This document shows positions 20,461-30,387 of a stretch of 64,000 nt of DNA, piece by piece. The notes under the pieces are model-generated. The model worked only from the letters and a program-made list of their open reading frames with translations, had not been told where the DNA came from and did no database searches. Position 1 is the first letter of the stretch. Each line of letters starts with the position of its first letter. The stretch is from Bacteroidota bacterium (GTDB lineage: Bacteria; Bacteroidota; Bacteroidia; UKL13-3): contig JAIXWI010000034.1 in assembly GCA_027491355.1 (NCBI GenBank), positions 4,240 through 68,239 of the forward strand, written 5' to 3'. Position numbers and translations under genes: made by a program.

Positions 20461-20832
20461 CAAAATCGGTTATCGCTGAATTTTATTCAGAGGAAAGTCC
20501 GGGCAACACAGAGCACCATACTGCCTAACAGACAGGTCTCGTAAAAGAGAACAGAAAGTGCCACAGAAAACAAACCGCCCATAGGTTCACCTATGGGTAA
20601 GGGTGAAAAGGAGGGGTAAGAGCCCACCGCAAAGTTAGTGATAGCTTTGGCAGGGTAAACCTTATGGGTTGCAAGGTCAAATAGGCTTCAATAGTCAGAC
20701 TGCTCGTCTGTATGCTTTCTTTGGAAAGTGAATTGAAGTGGGTAGACTGCATGAGCATTGAGGCAACTCAATGCCTAGATAAATGATAACCAATCAATGT
20801 AAATTGATCACAGAACCCGGCTTATGATTTTG
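20461..20832 (+). ncRNA. rnpB: RNase P RNA, bacterial type A
   Basis: Universal elements GAGGAAAGTCCGGGC (P4 5' strand), ACAGAAAGTGCCACAG, GGGTGAAAAGG...GTAAGAGCCCACC and ACAGAACCCGGCTTA (P4 3' strand). A P1 helix pairs CAAAATC (20461-67) with GATTTTG (20826-32). Confidence 0.85.
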
Positions 20833-20834
20833 TA

Positions 20835-20861
20835 AAAAGGAGCTTCGGCTCCTTTTTTTTG
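20835..20861 (+). terminator. rho-independent terminator after rnpB
   Basis: AGGAGC-TTCG-GCTCCT hairpin followed by a T8 run. Confidence 0.7.
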
Positions 20862-20938
20862 TTTAAAAACTGTGAGTTTAATTTATTTTTAATATCTTTT
20901 TAAAACATTTAATTTGATACCTAATAACTTTTCTAAAA

Positions 20939-23900
20939 ATGAGAAAAATAGTTTTGTTCACGGTGCTTTTGTTCTTTTTTCAACAACTCAAAGCACAAAC
21001 TATATATTGGAACCAAATTGATGAGCCTTCAAATGTAAATACTTCAGACAGGTGGATCATACCTGAAAAATACAGTGTTTTCGAATTGCAAATTGAAACA
21101 CTTAAAAAAATCTTGGAACAGTCTCCAGAAGAATACATGGGCACTCGTAGTGGAATTGTTATTCAAATCCCTATGCCAGATGGTAAACTTAAACCCTTTC
21201 AAGTTTACCACTCGCCAGTTATGGCACCAGAACTTGCCAAACAATTCCCAGCAATTGATACATGGCGAGGACAAGGCATTGAGGACCCTTCTGAAAGTGT
21301 TCATTTAGACATTACTCTAAAAGGATTTCATGCCATGGTACTCTCTCCAAATGGGACTTATTTTGTTGACCCATATGCAAATGGCAACACCCAATTTTAT
21401 ATCAGTTACTTCAAAAATGATTTGATAGCCAAAGCCAAATTTTTTGAAGAAGGTGTCTTAAAAAATACTACTATACAACCAACACCAAACAACAATACAC
21501 CCAATAATATTGTTACACCACCTGGTTCAACTATTCAAAATAGAAGCAATGGTTTAACTTTAAAAACATACCGTTTGGCTTTAGCTGCAACATTTGAATA
21601 CACTACATTTCAGGGTGGTACCGTTGCGCTGGCGCTTTCAGCAATGGTTACTTCAGTGAATAGAGTTGTTGGTGTGTACAGAAAAGAAGTTGGTGTTTCA
21701 CTCACCTTGGTTGCAAACACATCTAGCTTAATTTATACAACCGCTGCAGATCCTTACACCAATTCAAGTGGTTCAACCATGTTGTCTGAAAACATCAACA
21801 ATGTCAATACCATTATTGGATCAGCAAATTATGATATTGGACATGTATTTAGTACTGGTGGTGGAGGTGTAGCCTATTTAGCATCCGTTTGTACTGCTAA
21901 TAAAGCAGGTGGTGTTACTGGTTCAGCTTCACCTGTAAACGATGCATTTGACATTGACTATGTAGCGCATGAAATTGGGCATCAGTTTGGAGGAAACCAT
22001 ACCTTCAATGGAACAACAGGTAGCTGTTCAGGTTCAAACAGAAATGCATCTACAGCATACGAACCTGGAAGTGGAAGCACCATCATGGCATATGCTGGTA
22101 TTTGCTCAGGACAAAATTTACAACCAAACAGTGATCCTTATTTTCATACCATTAATTTTAATGAAATCATTACCAATATAACTACTGGTTCAGCTTCAAC
22201 ATGTGCAGTAAGTTCAGCCTCAAACAATCAAATTCCAACTTGCAATGTAGGAACCACCAGCTTTACCATACCTTTTGGAACGCCATTTACGTTAACAGGA
22301 ACAGGAAGCGACCCAGACAATGATGTCGTTACCTATTGTTGGGAACAAATGAATTTAGGCACAGCAACAGCCCCAAACACCCCTCCAAACCCTGGACCAA
22401 GGTTTAGAACTTACAACCCTACAACCAGCCCAAGTAGGACAATTCCACAATACAGTGCTTTGTTAAACAACACCGTTCCAGTGGGTGAAATTTTGTCAAC
22501 TGCTGCACAAACATTAACTTTCAGGCTAACTGTCAGAGACAACAGGAGCAATTGTGGTGGTGTATACTATGACCCTAACAATGTTACTGTTACTGTAGCC
22601 TCAACTGGTCCATTTTCAATTACCAGTAACCCATCATTTTGGGGTAAAAAAACAAACCAAACAGTTACCTGGAACTTAGCTTCAACCAATATTAGCCCTA
22701 TTAATTGCGCCAATGTAAAAATCTCTCTCTCCACAGACGGTGGTTTAACATTCCCTATTGTTTTAGCAAACAGTACCGCAAACGATGGAACTGAAACAGT
22801 AACTATTCCTGATATTACCACCCAAAATGCGAGATTAAGAGTGGAAGCCATAGGCAATATCTTTTTTGCAATCAATACTTCCAACTTTACCATAGACGAT
22901 CCAACCGCAGGAATGTTTGTAACTTTTGGAACCGGAACAGGTTCTAACACAGGTACCACCTACCCTGCTCCATATGGAAGTTTTTTTGGAGGTGCCAAAC
23001 ACCAATTAATTTACAGAGCATCGGAACTAACTGCAATGGGATTGAACGCTGGTGTCATTACACAATTTGGCTTCAATGTGAGCACACTTGTAAGTGGCAG
23101 TTTGACTTCATTTACAATAGGCATGAAAAACTCAACAGTTAATGATTTAACAAGTGCATGGCAAACAGGCTTCACAACGGTCTTAAACAGTTCTACTTTA
23201 ACTCCTAAAACGGGTTGGAATTTGCATACATTGAATGTTCCATTTTATTGGGATGGAACCTCAAATATTATTGTTGAGGTATGTTTTAACAATAACAATG
23301 CTGGAACCGCAAGCAGCACGCTAACCACTTTAACCACCGGTTTACCTACTGGTACATCAAGGTGGTATACTGCAGACAATACCGCAACTGTTTGTTCAGG
23401 AACAGCTGTTACCACAACTGGAAGTACAAGCAGACCCAACGCACGTTTATTCATCATCACAGAACCAACAGTTAACGCAAGCAATATTCAAGTTACCAAT
23501 ATTGGAAATACCTCTGCCACCATCAACTGGAGTATAGGCAATGGCAGAAAACGCATGGTTGTTGTAAGAGAAAGTTCTGTTTTAGCAATAGCACCTATTA
23601 ATTTCAACAATTATATTGCATCGCCTCAAATCAGTATGAGTCAGGTAACAGGCCTCAACAATTTTGTAGTGTACAATGATACCGGAAATACTGTTACTCT
23701 TTCGGGCTTGAGTCTTAACACCAACTATTCAATAGACATTTATGAATACAATGGAATCAATGGTAATGTTGTTTACAAAATGTCTCCAACTACTGGAACA
23801 TTCCAAACCATTGGCTCATGTGTTTTCCAAGTAAACAATGGGTTAGATTCCATACTAACTTGCTCTACAATTACCAATGTCGTATATCAATCTGGTTTTA

Positions 23901-25396
23901 CATTTGTTGCTGCACAATTTAAAACAAATGGTAATTGGCAAAACACAAACACCATTAACAACAATGGTTCAATTTTGGTTCCTGCAGCTCAAACTGGTTG
24001 GTACAAAATTCAAGTTACTGGAACTAACGGATGTATTGGTATTGACAGTGCTTACGTAACCATTGGCTCAATGGGTAAGCCTCTAATTCAGTTGTCAGGT
24101 GACAGTACTTTTTGTCAAGGAAATGCCATTACAATGAATGTGAACCCACAAAACAACGCCAGTTATAGATGGATAGAAACAACTTCCAATTCTTTGCTAG
24201 GAACAAATAGTAGTTTTTTAACAAACCAAGCTGGTAAGTATCGTTGTATTGTCACATCCATGTTCGGTTGCTCAGATACCACACGAGAGCAATTAGTAAC
24301 AGTAAACAACATCCCTAACATTGCCTATACTTTGGTATCAGGAAGTAGTTTCATTTGCAATACCTGTTCTGCTTCAGTTCAACTCAATAACCCAAGTGGC
24401 ACATTGTATACTTGGTACAAAAACAATGTTTTGTTTAAACAAGATACTTTTTCTAACACCATTTTAAATGATGCTGGCACTTATACCATTCAAGCAAAAA
24501 GCTTAGCTAATTGTAATAGCAATGTTTCAGCACCATTAAGAATTACCAAATTTTTTACTTCAATTGTCTTACCAGATTCTGCTAAAACTTGTCAATACGA
24601 CAGTATTTTACTCGAACCCGGCGATGGCTTTGTAGCTGTAAAATGGAATACACCTATGCCTCAAATGAGTGCAGCATATATGGTTCCAAACAACCCCGAT
24701 GACCCAGATGCTTTGGTAAATGGAACGCTCGTTGCAACTAAAACAGGTTGGTATTTCATTGAAGCCAAAACATTAAATGGAAACACCCTCAAAGACAGCG
24801 TATATGTTCAAATTGGTTGTAATGTGATACTGAATGTTAAGGTATTTATTCAATCCCTGTATTTAGGAAACCAAACCATGACCCCAGTATTATTGAATGC
24901 GGCTCAAAGTTTCTCAAGTAATGTAACAGATAGCATTGAAGTAGCATTGCATGAAACAACCGGAAGTTACAATCAAATTTTCAAGCAAAAAGGCATTGTA
25001 GATATCAACGGAAATATTCAATTAAACATACCCCCAACAACTTTAAACAACAACTATTATTTGGTTGTCAATTATAAAAACGCAATCAGCACTTGGAGTA
25101 AAAACCCAGTAACCATGTCTGCAATTACCAATTATGATTTTAGCGTTGCGGCTACACAGGCTTATGGAGACAACTTGATAGATGATGGAAATGGGGTATT
25201 TTTAATTTACAGTGGAGATATCAACCAAGATGGCTTTGTGGATGGAAACGATTTCATTGACCTTGATAATGACAATGCAAACTTCGTTTCAGGTTATGCC
25301 ATTACAGATGTAAATGGAGATGGCTTTGTGGATGGAAATGATTTTATCATTCTAGATAACAACAATGCCAATTTTATTGGTATTGTCAGACCCTAA
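20939..25396 (+). CDS. secreted reprolysin-like zinc metalloprotease (metzincin) with C-terminal dockerin-like Ca-binding repeats
   Basis: Signal peptide MRKIVLFTVLLFFFQQLKAQ. Metzincin zinc site HEIGHQFGGNH. Long Thr/Ser/Asn-rich beta-rich middle. Two C-terminal repeats D(I/V)N(Q/G)DGFVDGNDFI..D(N)..ANF. No T9SS CTD was detected. Confidence 0.7.
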   Translation: MRKIVLFTVLLFFFQQLKAQTIYWNQIDEPSNVNTSDRWIIPEKYSVFELQIETLKKILEQSPEEYMGTRSGIVIQIPMPDGKLKPFQVYHSPVMAPELAKQFPAIDTWRGQGIEDPSESVHLDITLKGFHAMVLSPNGTYFVDPYANGNTQFYISYFKNDLIAKAKFFEEGVLKNTTIQPTPNNNTPNNIVTPPGSTIQNRSNGLTLKTYRLALAATFEYTTFQGGTVALALSAMVTSVNRVVGVYRKEVGVSLTLVANTSSLIYTTAADPYTNSSGSTMLSENINNVNTIIGSANYDIGHVFSTGGGGVAYLASVCTANKAGGVTGSASPVNDAFDIDYVAHEIGHQFGGNHTFNGTTGSCSGSNRNASTAYEPGSGSTIMAYAGICSGQNLQPNSDPYFHTINFNEIITNITTGSASTCAVSSASNNQIPTCNVGTTSFTIPFGTPFTLTGTGSDPDNDVVTYCWEQMNLGTATAPNTPPNPGPRFRTYNPTTSPSRTIPQYSALLNNTVPVGEILSTAAQTLTFRLTVRDNRSNCGGVYYDPNNVTVTVASTGPFSITSNPSFWGKKTNQTVTWNLASTNISPINCANVKISLSTDGGLTFPIVLANSTANDGTETVTIPDITTQNARLRVEAIGNIFFAINTSNFTIDDPTAGMFVTFGTGTGSNTGTTYPAPYGSFFGGAKHQLIYRASELTAMGLNAGVITQFGFNVSTLVSGSLTSFTIGMKNSTVNDLTSAWQTGFTTVLNSSTLTPKTGWNLHTLNVPFYWDGTSNIIVEVCFNNNNAGTASSTLTTLTTGLPTGTSRWYTADNTATVCSGTAVTTTGSTSRPNARLFIITEPTVNASNIQVTNIGNTSATINWSIGNGRKRMVVVRESSVLAIAPINFNNYIASPQISMSQVTGLNNFVVYNDTGNTVTLSGLSLNTNYSIDIYEYNGINGNVVYKMSPTTGTFQTIGSCVFQVNNGLDSILTCSTITNVVYQSGFTFVAAQFKTNGNWQNTNTINNNGSILVPAAQTGWYKIQVTGTNGCIGIDSAYVTIGSMGKPLIQLSGDSTFCQGNAITMNVNPQNNASYRWIETTSNSLLGTNSSFLTNQAGKYRCIVTSMFGCSDTTREQLVTVNNIPNIAYTLVSGSSFICNTCSASVQLNNPSGTLYTWYKNNVLFKQDTFSNTILNDAGTYTIQAKSLANCNSNVSAPLRITKFFTSIVLPDSAKTCQYDSILLEPGDGFVAVKWNTPMPQMSAAYMVPNNPDDPDALVNGTLVATKTGWYFIEAKTLNGNTLKDSVYVQIGCNVILNVKVFIQSLYLGNQTMTPVLLNAAQSFSSNVTDSIEVALHETTGSYNQIFKQKGIVDINGNIQLNIPPTTLNNNYYLVVNYKNAISTWSKNPVTMSAITNYDFSVAATQAYGDNLIDDGNGVFLIYSGDINQDGFVDGNDFIDLDNDNANFVSGYAITDVNGDGFVDGNDFIILDNNNANFIGIVRP

Positions 25397-25417
25397 TTGA
25401 ATTCTGTATTGATTGAA

Positions 25418-25450
25418 GGGGCAAACCGGCATGCTGGTTTGCCCCTTTTT
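25418..25450 (+). terminator. rho-independent terminator after the metalloprotease gene
   Basis: GGGGCAAACC-loop-GGTTTGCCCC hairpin followed by TTTTT. Confidence 0.7.
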
Positions 25451-25524
25451 AATTCACTAAATATCAACAGCGTTTTAAATGTCCACAAAATTTGGCACTT
25501 TTACACCTTTAAGCAGATTTTGAT

Positions 25525-26889
25525 ATGGCAAAAATTTTAATCATAGACGACGAAAAAGCAATCCGCAATACCCTTCGCGAAATTTTAGAATATGAAAGTT
25601 ACAGTGTTGACGAAGCTGCTAACGGAGAAGAAGGACTTCAAAAAATTGAAAACGAAGAATACGATGCGGTTTTATGCGATGTTAAAATGCCTAAAATGGA
25701 TGGCATGACCGTTCTCGAAAAATCAAGAGAAATTGATGAAGACTTGCCTTTCATTATGATCAGTGGACATGGCAATGTTGAAATGGCTGTTGAAGCGAGT
25801 AAAAAAGGAGCATTTGATTTTATTGTCAAACCACCAGATTTAAACAAATTACTCATTACGCTCAGAAATGCTTTAGATAAAAAAGATTTGGTCATTGAAA
25901 CCAAAGTTTTAAGAAGAAAAGTAACCAAAACCAGAGAAATTGTTGGTAGCACCCCTGCCATTGTTAACATCATGGATACCATTGAAAAGGTAGCACCAAC
26001 CGATGCAAGGGTATTGATTACAGGAGAAAATGGTACAGGTAAAGAATTGGTGGCTCGTTGGATTCATGAAAAAAGCAACCGTGCTAAAAACCCAATTATA
26101 GAAGTAAACTGTGCTGCCATTCCAGCTGAATTGATAGAAAGTGAATTGTTTGGTCACGAAAAAGGAGCCTTCACTTCAGCCATCAAACAACGCATCGGAA
26201 AATTTGAACAAGCCCATGGGGCCACTTTGTTTTTAGATGAAGTGGGTGACATGAGTTTGTCTGCGCAAGCCAAAGTATTGCGTGCCTTACAAGAAAATAA
26301 AATTACACGTGTAGGAGGAGAAAAAGACATTGAAGTAGATGTACGTGTGATTGCAGCAACCAATAAAAACTTATTGAAAGAAATTGAAAAAGGTAATTTC
26401 AGAATGGACTTATACCACCGATTGAGTGTGATATTGATTCATGTACCTTCATTGAGCGAACGGAGAGAGGACATTTCATTGATTGCTGAAAGATTTATCA
26501 AAGAGATTTGTGAAGACAGTGGCATTCCTAAAAAAGCATTTTTACCTCAAGCCCTTGAAGAATTAAAGAAATTGAACTTCAGTGGCAATATCCGTGAGTT
26601 AAGAAACATTGTAGAGCGCTTGGTTATTTTAGGTCAGCAACGCATTACCGTTGAAGACATTCAAAAATTTGCCAACCCCATCAATGCCAGAGACGAAGAA
26701 AAATCAATCTATGAAAGGTTCAGCACCTTGCAAGATTTCAAAGAATATGTAGAGCGTATTTTCATTGAAGAAAAACTCAAAAAGAATGGCTGGAACGTTG
26801 CCAAAACAGCAATGGAAATAGACATTCAACGCAGTCACTTGTACAACAAAATTGAAAAATACAGCTTGCGCAGAGGCGAAAGCGAATAA
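25525..26889 (+). CDS. sigma-54-dependent response regulator (REC, AAA+ sigma-54 activator, Fis-type HTH), NtrC family
   Basis: REC domain with the conserved Asp (LCDVKMPKMDG). Walker A GENGTGKE and ESELFGHEKGAFTSA (GAFTGA variant). C-terminal HTH. No adjacent histidine kinase. Confidence 0.8.
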   Translation: MAKILIIDDEKAIRNTLREILEYESYSVDEAANGEEGLQKIENEEYDAVLCDVKMPKMDGMTVLEKSREIDEDLPFIMISGHGNVEMAVEASKKGAFDFIVKPPDLNKLLITLRNALDKKDLVIETKVLRRKVTKTREIVGSTPAIVNIMDTIEKVAPTDARVLITGENGTGKELVARWIHEKSNRAKNPIIEVNCAAIPAELIESELFGHEKGAFTSAIKQRIGKFEQAHGATLFLDEVGDMSLSAQAKVLRALQENKITRVGGEKDIEVDVRVIAATNKNLLKEIEKGNFRMDLYHRLSVILIHVPSLSERREDISLIAERFIKEICEDSGIPKKAFLPQALEELKKLNFSGNIRELRNIVERLVILGQQRITVEDIQKFANPINARDEEKSIYERFSTLQDFKEYVERIFIEEKLKKNGWNVAKTAMEIDIQRSHLYNKIEKYSLRRGESE

Positions 26890-26898
26890 GCATTCAAC

Positions 26899-27858
26899 AT
26901 GATTGGGACTGATGTGCAACATGCTGCCAACTTGCTCAAAGCTGGTCAATTGGTAGCCATTCCAACAGAAACAGTTTATGGTTTAGCTGCCAATGCCTTT
27001 GATGATACAGCAGTTCAAGCCATTTACAAAGCCAAAGGAAGGCCTCAGTTCAATCCATTGATTATTCATACCAATGGTTTGCATCGAATAGAGGAATGGG
27101 GCATGCAGGTTCCTGAAAAAGCCTTAGCATTGGCAAATGCTTTTAGCCCAGGTCCAATTTCTTTTGTGATTCCAAAAAGCAATCAAATTTCAGATTTGGT
27201 GACTGCGGGGCACGAATATGTTGCGGTAAGAATTCCAAATCACCCACTTTGTTTGGATTTGTTATCAAGATTAGATTTCCCTTTGGCAGCGCCTAGTGCC
27301 AATAAATCGGGCTGTATCAGCCCAACCACAGCCCAACATGTTGCCGACCAATTTGGTGAAGAAATTCCGTATATTTTAGAGGGTGGTCCTTGTACCATTG
27401 GATTAGAATCGAGCATTGTTTCTTTTGCCAATAAGCAAATTCAATTGCTGCGTTTAGGCGGATTGGCCAAAGAAAAAATAGAAGCGGTATTGAATTGTAA
27501 ATTGTCAATTGAGCATATTCAAAACAATGAAAATCCGCTATCTCCAGGTTTATTGAGCAGGCACTATGCCCCAACAACACCTTTGTATTTAGAATCAAGT
27601 GTATCGCCTACTTCACTTGGAGAGCCAACAAAAATTGCCTGTATTCGATTTCAACAATACCACCCAGCAATTCCTAAAGAAAACCAATTTATACTGTCAG
27701 AAATGGGTTCTTTGGATGAAGCAGCTCAGCACTTATTCATGGCCATGCGACTTGCAGATGCAGGAAACTTCAATTGTATATTGGCAGAAGTTTTCCCTCC
27801 TCATGGCTTAGGTTTGGCCATTAACGACCGCTTAAAACGTGCAGCTGTAGCCAGCTAA
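26899..27858 (+). CDS. tsaC: L-threonylcarbamoyladenylate synthase (Sua5/YrdC family, long form with a Sua5 C-terminal domain)
   Basis: VAIPTETVYGLAANAF...KGRP...PLIIH motifs; 319 aa. Confidence 0.8.
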   Translation: MIGTDVQHAANLLKAGQLVAIPTETVYGLAANAFDDTAVQAIYKAKGRPQFNPLIIHTNGLHRIEEWGMQVPEKALALANAFSPGPISFVIPKSNQISDLVTAGHEYVAVRIPNHPLCLDLLSRLDFPLAAPSANKSGCISPTTAQHVADQFGEEIPYILEGGPCTIGLESSIVSFANKQIQLLRLGGLAKEKIEAVLNCKLSIEHIQNNENPLSPGLLSRHYAPTTPLYLESSVSPTSLGEPTKIACIRFQQYHPAIPKENQFILSEMGSLDEAAQHLFMAMRLADAGNFNCILAEVFPPHGLGLAINDRLKRAAVAS

Positions 27859-27869
27859 TTAAAATTAAA

Positions 27870-28799
27870 ATGAGAATTGTATTTTTTGGAACACCCGCAT
27901 TTGCAGCCTATTCATTACAGGCATTGATCAACAACAAATTGAATGTAGTTGCAGTAGTTACAGCACCTGATAAACCTGCCGGTAGAGGCATGCAATTGCA
28001 AAGCTCTGAAGTAAAAAAATGTGCTGAAGCAAACCAAATTCCTGTTCTACAACCCCTGAAATTAAAAGACCCTGAATTTATAGCCCAATTGGCTTCATAC
28101 CAAGCCGATTTACAAATAGTAATAGCCTTTCGCATGTTGCCTGAAATAGTTTGGAACATGCCACAATTTGGCACCTTGAATTTACATGCTTCTTTATTGC
28201 CTGCCTATAGGGGTGCAGCGCCCATCAATTGGGCCATTATGAATGGAGAAACTGAAACAGGAGTATGTACCTTCTTTTTACAACACGAAATTGATACGGG
28301 TGATATGCTCCTGAGTAAAGCTCATGCCATTGGCAAAGAAACCAATGCAGGAGAATTACATGACCAATTGATGGTATTAGGTGCAGAAACTGTGATAGAA
28401 TCAGTCCGCTTAATTGAAGCGGGTAAAACAAAAGGAACGCCTCAATTAAAAGGGGAATACCCTATTGCCCCTAAATTGTTCAAACAAGATTGCTTGCTCG
28501 ATTTTAATCAAAATGCTGTGCAGGTTTACAATAAAATAAGAGGACTCAGCCCCTATCCTGCTGCTTATTTTATGATGGACGGAAATCCAGTAAAAGCATT
28601 CAAAGCAACCTACAAGCATGCTGATACTTCAAATGTAAAGCCTGGATGCATTTTAACCGATGGCAAAACACATTTTGATATTGCTTGCAAAGATGGCTTT
28701 ATTCAATTGTTAGAACTACAGCCTGCATCTAAGAAAAGAATGGATATTGCATCTTTTTTGAGAGGCTATCAATTGCCTGAGCAGGTTGATGCTATTTAA
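27870..28799 (+). CDS. fmt: methionyl-tRNA formyltransferase
   Basis: MRIVFFGTPAFA...LNLHASLLPAYRGAAPINWAIMNGE (formyltransferase SLLP motif); 309 aa. Confidence 0.85.
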   Translation: MRIVFFGTPAFAAYSLQALINNKLNVVAVVTAPDKPAGRGMQLQSSEVKKCAEANQIPVLQPLKLKDPEFIAQLASYQADLQIVIAFRMLPEIVWNMPQFGTLNLHASLLPAYRGAAPINWAIMNGETETGVCTFFLQHEIDTGDMLLSKAHAIGKETNAGELHDQLMVLGAETVIESVRLIEAGKTKGTPQLKGEYPIAPKLFKQDCLLDFNQNAVQVYNKIRGLSPYPAAYFMMDGNPVKAFKATYKHADTSNVKPGCILTDGKTHFDIACKDGFIQLLELQPASKKRMDIASFLRGYQLPEQVDAI

Positions 28800-29164
28800 G
28801 CATTCTCTGAAACAGTTTGGGTATTTGACCAACGGTCGTGAAAACCGTTTTTGGTAAATAGGTATGAAATGATATCCAATGGCATTAAACGTACCAATGT
28901 CCGAATTGCCAAAGCAATTGCTTTTTGAGCTTGAGGGTTCATTAGTTCCACTTTGGTTTTGGTAATCCATTTTGCGGGTGATTTCTCAAAAAAGTATTCA
29001 CTCAAAAAATAATACAAGAAATATAAACCAATCGAAAACCATTTTGGATCGGTCATGATACCGTTTGCAGTAAGCAACTTTAGAGACAATCTAGACAGTA
29101 CCAAAAACAAAAAACTGTCTATGCAAAAATTTAAGAAACGAGAAAAAGTACTTGCCATATTCAA
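28796..29164 (-). CDS. RDD-family membrane protein
   Basis: Hydrophobic N-terminal segments and a C-terminal GFHDRWSNTQTV block matching the RDD family conserved end. Confidence 0.5.
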   Translation of the reverse strand: MNMASTFSRFLNFCIDSFLFLVLSRLSLKLLTANGIMTDPKWFSIGLYFLYYFLSEYFFEKSPAKWITKTKVELMNPQAQKAIALAIRTLVRLMPLDIISYLFTKNGFHDRWSNTQTVSENA

Positions 29165-29171
29165 ATGTATA

Positions 29172-29198
29172 AAAAAAGACCGTTTCCGGTCTTTTTCA
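29172..29198 (-). terminator. rho-independent terminator (minus orientation) after the small lipoprotein gene
   Basis: AAAGACCG-TTTC-CGGTCTTT hairpin with flanking A/T runs. Confidence 0.55.
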
Positions 29199-29214
29199 AA
29201 TTGTAATTCTAAAT

Positions 29215-29448
29215 TTACTTGTTACATGGTTTGTAAATAGCACCTGTTGCAAAATCGATAATTGCACCTGGCCAGAACAATAATACATCAGCAATTAAAG
29301 CACCTGCTCTAAGCTCTCTTGCAGGTTGGTTGGCTGCTGGTTTGGTTCTTTGACAGTCACTTACTGGACCACCAAATACGGTTGCACATGAACTCAATAC
29401 TGAGATTACACAAATAATTGCGAAAAGGTTTAAAATGTTCTTTTTCAT
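29215..29448 (-). CDS. small lipoprotein, YceK/YidQ-like (hypothetical)
   Basis: 77 aa; lipobox LSSC after a hydrophobic signal; the C-terminal ALIADVLLFWPGAIIDFATG resembles the DUF1375 pattern. Confidence 0.4.
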   Translation of the reverse strand: MKKNILNLFAIICVISVLSSCATVFGGPVSDCQRTKPAANQPARELRAGALIADVLLFWPGAIIDFATGAIYKPCNK

Positions 29449-29592
29449 TTTAGTATTTTTTAAGTTAAAATTGGAAATTGAATAATATTTTTATCATATT
29501 CACTATCAAAAATAAAAAATTAATAATTTGATAACTACATTTTTAAAAATAGCATGAAATCGGATTTTTTTTGAGAACCAAACTCCACTAAT

Positions 29593-30327
29593 CTATTTCA
29601 TCAATTTCAATACCCTTTCAATGTCTTCAGGGGTATCAACGCAATGGCTATCAAATGTTGTTTCTACGCATTTGATTTTATAGCCCGCTTCTAACCACCT
29701 TAATTGCTCTAGGCTTTCAGCTTTTTCTAAGGCTGATACAGGTAATTTGGTAATGGCTTGCAACACATCTCGGCGGTAAGCATACATGCCCACATGCCTG
29801 TAATAGGAATGGTGTAAATGCCATTCAGCTTCTGGCTTACCTTTTACAAATGGTATCACCATGCGGCTAAAATACAAGGCTTCGTTTTCGTGGTTCAATA
29901 CAATTTTCACTTCACCTTGGTCAAATAAAAAGGCTGAATTGTCAACCTTGATCATTTGGGTGGCCAGTTCTGTTTGACCTTTACAAACCGCACCCAATTC
30001 ATCAATTTGCTGTGGGTCTAAAAAAGGTTCATCTCCCTGAATATTGATGACATAATTGAAATCACCGGCTACATTTTTAAACGCTTCGTAACACCTGTCC
30101 GTTCCACTTGGATGCTCCGCTTTGGTCATCACTACTTCTCCACCAAATGCTTTTACATGCGCTGCAATGCGTTCATCATCAGTTGCCACTACCAACTTGT
30201 CAATGGTTTTGGCTTGTGAGGCTTGTTCATACACCCTTCTGATCATGCTTTTACCTTCAATTACTACCAAAGGTTTTCCCGGAAAACGGGTACTGGCATA
30301 TCTGGCTGGTATTATTCCTAAAATCAT
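29593..30327 (-). CDS. kdsB: 3-deoxy-manno-octulosonate cytidylyltransferase (CMP-Kdo synthetase)
   Basis: MILGIIPARYASTRFPGKPL...VVATDDERI...IQGDEP motifs; 244 aa. Confidence 0.85.
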   Translation of the reverse strand: MILGIIPARYASTRFPGKPLVVIEGKSMIRRVYEQASQAKTIDKLVVATDDERIAAHVKAFGGEVVMTKAEHPSGTDRCYEAFKNVAGDFNYVINIQGDEPFLDPQQIDELGAVCKGQTELATQMIKVDNSAFLFDQGEVKIVLNHENEALYFSRMVIPFVKGKPEAEWHLHHSYYRHVGMYAYRRDVLQAITKLPVSALEKAESLEQLRWLEAGYKIKCVETTFDSHCVDTPEDIERVLKLMK

Positions 30328-30387
30328 ATTGAATATTTTATGCGATTATCTAAAATATAACTGCTACTTCAAAGTAAAATCTTATTC

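Noticed and set aside
20939-25396. Metzincin as T9SS cargo or cellulosome component
   Set aside because: The C-terminus lacks both type-A and type-B CTD motifs. Dockerin-like repeats alone do not imply a cellulosome; the prediction is left as a dockerin-like Ca-binding tail only.
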